Source of the DNA: Macrostomum lignano
Lineage: Eukaryota
NCBI GenBank assembly: GCA_002269645.1
Contig: NIVC01000119.1
Span: forward strand, 353,585 to 417,584
DNA: 64,000 nt
Direction: 5' to 3'
Shown: positions 62,640-64,000 of the stretch, in pieces
Layout: each line of letters begins with the position of its first letter
Numbering within the stretch: position 1 is the stretch's first letter
Made by a program: the position numbers and the translations under genes
Notes under the pieces: generated by a model
The model's database searches: none
Told to the model about the DNA's origin: nothing
What the model saw: the letters and a program-made list of their open reading frames with translations, nothing else

Positions 62640-62750
62640 AAAACAGCAGGAGGATCTAGCCAATCAGCTGAGCACCTCACAGGGCACCAGCGCTGATAGG
62701 CTGCATGCGGCAAAAGGAGAAAGACGTCCGGCGCGCTCAGCCAATCGGCT
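62640..62750. promoter_or_regulatory. Promoter-like GC-rich island with two CCAAT boxes
   Basis: tagCCAATcagctg and cagCCAATcggct, plus gcggcaaaa (E2F-like on the reverse strand); no gene assigned. Confidence 0.35.
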
Positions 62751-62751
62751 G

Positions 62752-62994
62752 GGGGGGCGTTTCACAAAGCAAAGTTTGAACCTAAGATTCAACTTAGGTA
62801 GTAGCTCAAGAATAATAAGTGTTTCACAGAAATAAGACTGGGTTTTTGCTAGGATACAACTTAATTAGGTCCGACCCGCGGGGATTGTGATTCTCAAGTG
62901 TCTATGAAACGCATTTACGACTGAGTCATAAGTTCGACCAAAAAGTTGGAACTTAAAATTCAGTCTTAGGAGGATTTTGTGAAACGCCCCCCCC
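62752..62994. mobile_element. PIF/Harbinger-like MITE (about 243 bp)
   Basis: TIR ggggggcgtttcacaaa / tttgtgaaacgcccccc; probable 3-bp TSD ctg (62749-62751 and 62995-62997). Confidence 0.75.
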
Positions 62995-64000
62995 CTGGCG
63001 ACAATGTCTGGAGGCCCTCCACCAGCCGCGGCAAGAACCGTCTAGATCGAGCCGAGATGTCTAAGGACAAAAGAACACGCAATTGAAGTAATAACAACAA
63101 AACTGGGCGCTAAAAAGTACGAGAGCAACAACACATAAATAAAACTGACCGGTGAAGTAGCCGTAATTAAATAACATAACAGGTCCCGGAATCGAAATAT
63201 GAAAATTCTAACCTGTCCATTACAAGTATAGAGACATAAATGGGAAGTACATTTACTTCCTAAGCATAATTTAGATTCTTTGATTGCTGTAAAATTCCCC
63301 TGATGCCGACTGAGTCATTACGAAATAGATGATATATACATGTATGAGTTTCAGGTCTACTGAAGGGAGTGCAAAGTTTATAAAAGTGCAGAAAAAAAGT
63401 CTTTGACGGCCACGCTGGAGCGACAGCTGGACTCGGCGCACTCTGGGCTGCTCCATGCGGCCTTTCGAGCTGACGATAGCACGTCGGGACTGAAGCCTTG
63501 TACATAAACATGTATACAGTACCAGAGGCCTCAGCCAGCTGCAACGCCCATCCACCATCCTGCGCTAGTAGCGACTTCAACTCGCAGGCCACATTTTCTC
63601 ATTTAAATATAATAAACTATATAGACAAAAATGTGTAGGAAATTTTCAGGAACCGGCAACAGTTTCCACATTTTAAGACAATAATTTCAAAATAATTGCT
63701 ACAACATCCAAGAAGCTATAGAAGCGACCAAAGCTTTGTGAACCCGGCAAAAAACTTTGGAAATATGGAAAGAAGAAATAAAATATTACCGAACAATTGT
63801 CTATGGCATGAATTTAGAGTAGACATTAATTGCATGATATAATATTGAAGGTTAATACTAAATACTAACAAGTTACTATCTTTGTATTTTTCAGGAAAGA
63901 ATAAAATTAGCTAAGAGGAATATGTCATGACGCTACGTTTATTCATTCATTTCGTTCGTCTGCTTAACTTGTCAGTGATGCAAAGTCAGCGGCCGAAAAA

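Noticed and set aside
61740-63600. Short ORFs near the window end
   Set aside because: No motif recognised; interrupted by stops; insufficient support.

Overview
Eukaryotic (metazoan) genomic DNA, not prokaryotic. The evidence is spliceosomal GT-AG introns, tRNA-derived SINEs, LINE/LTR/DNA-transposon relics, and very roughly 35-40% micro/minisatellite. The style suggests a free-living flatworm (Macrostomum-like), a low-confidence inference. Four intron-containing genes can be assembled by hand on the minus strand with all splice phases matching: (1) an N4BP1/KHNYN-family NYN ribonuclease (53562-48032, 5 coding exons, about 868 aa) with a non-canonical DGPQ/YED active-site signature; (2) a CREBL2/REPTOR-BP-like bZIP factor with a Gln-rich extension (34661-32792); (3) TMEM222 (26866-21351, 170 aa); (4) an unusual 3xPHD + SIM-like + RING protein (20499-17568), about 850 bp downstream of TMEM222 and possibly operonic. 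The plus strand carries the terminal exon of a DEG/ENaC channel (7389-7780). Mobile elements include mariner and maT-like Tc1/mariner relics, hAT/MULE/Harbinger-like MITEs (most with target-site duplications), two non-LTR insertions with TSDs in or at the edge of satellite arrays, Gypsy pol fragments and two CORE-type SINEs. Most long ORFs in the supplied track are artefacts of tandem repeats. No CRISPR, rRNA or true tRNA gene was found.
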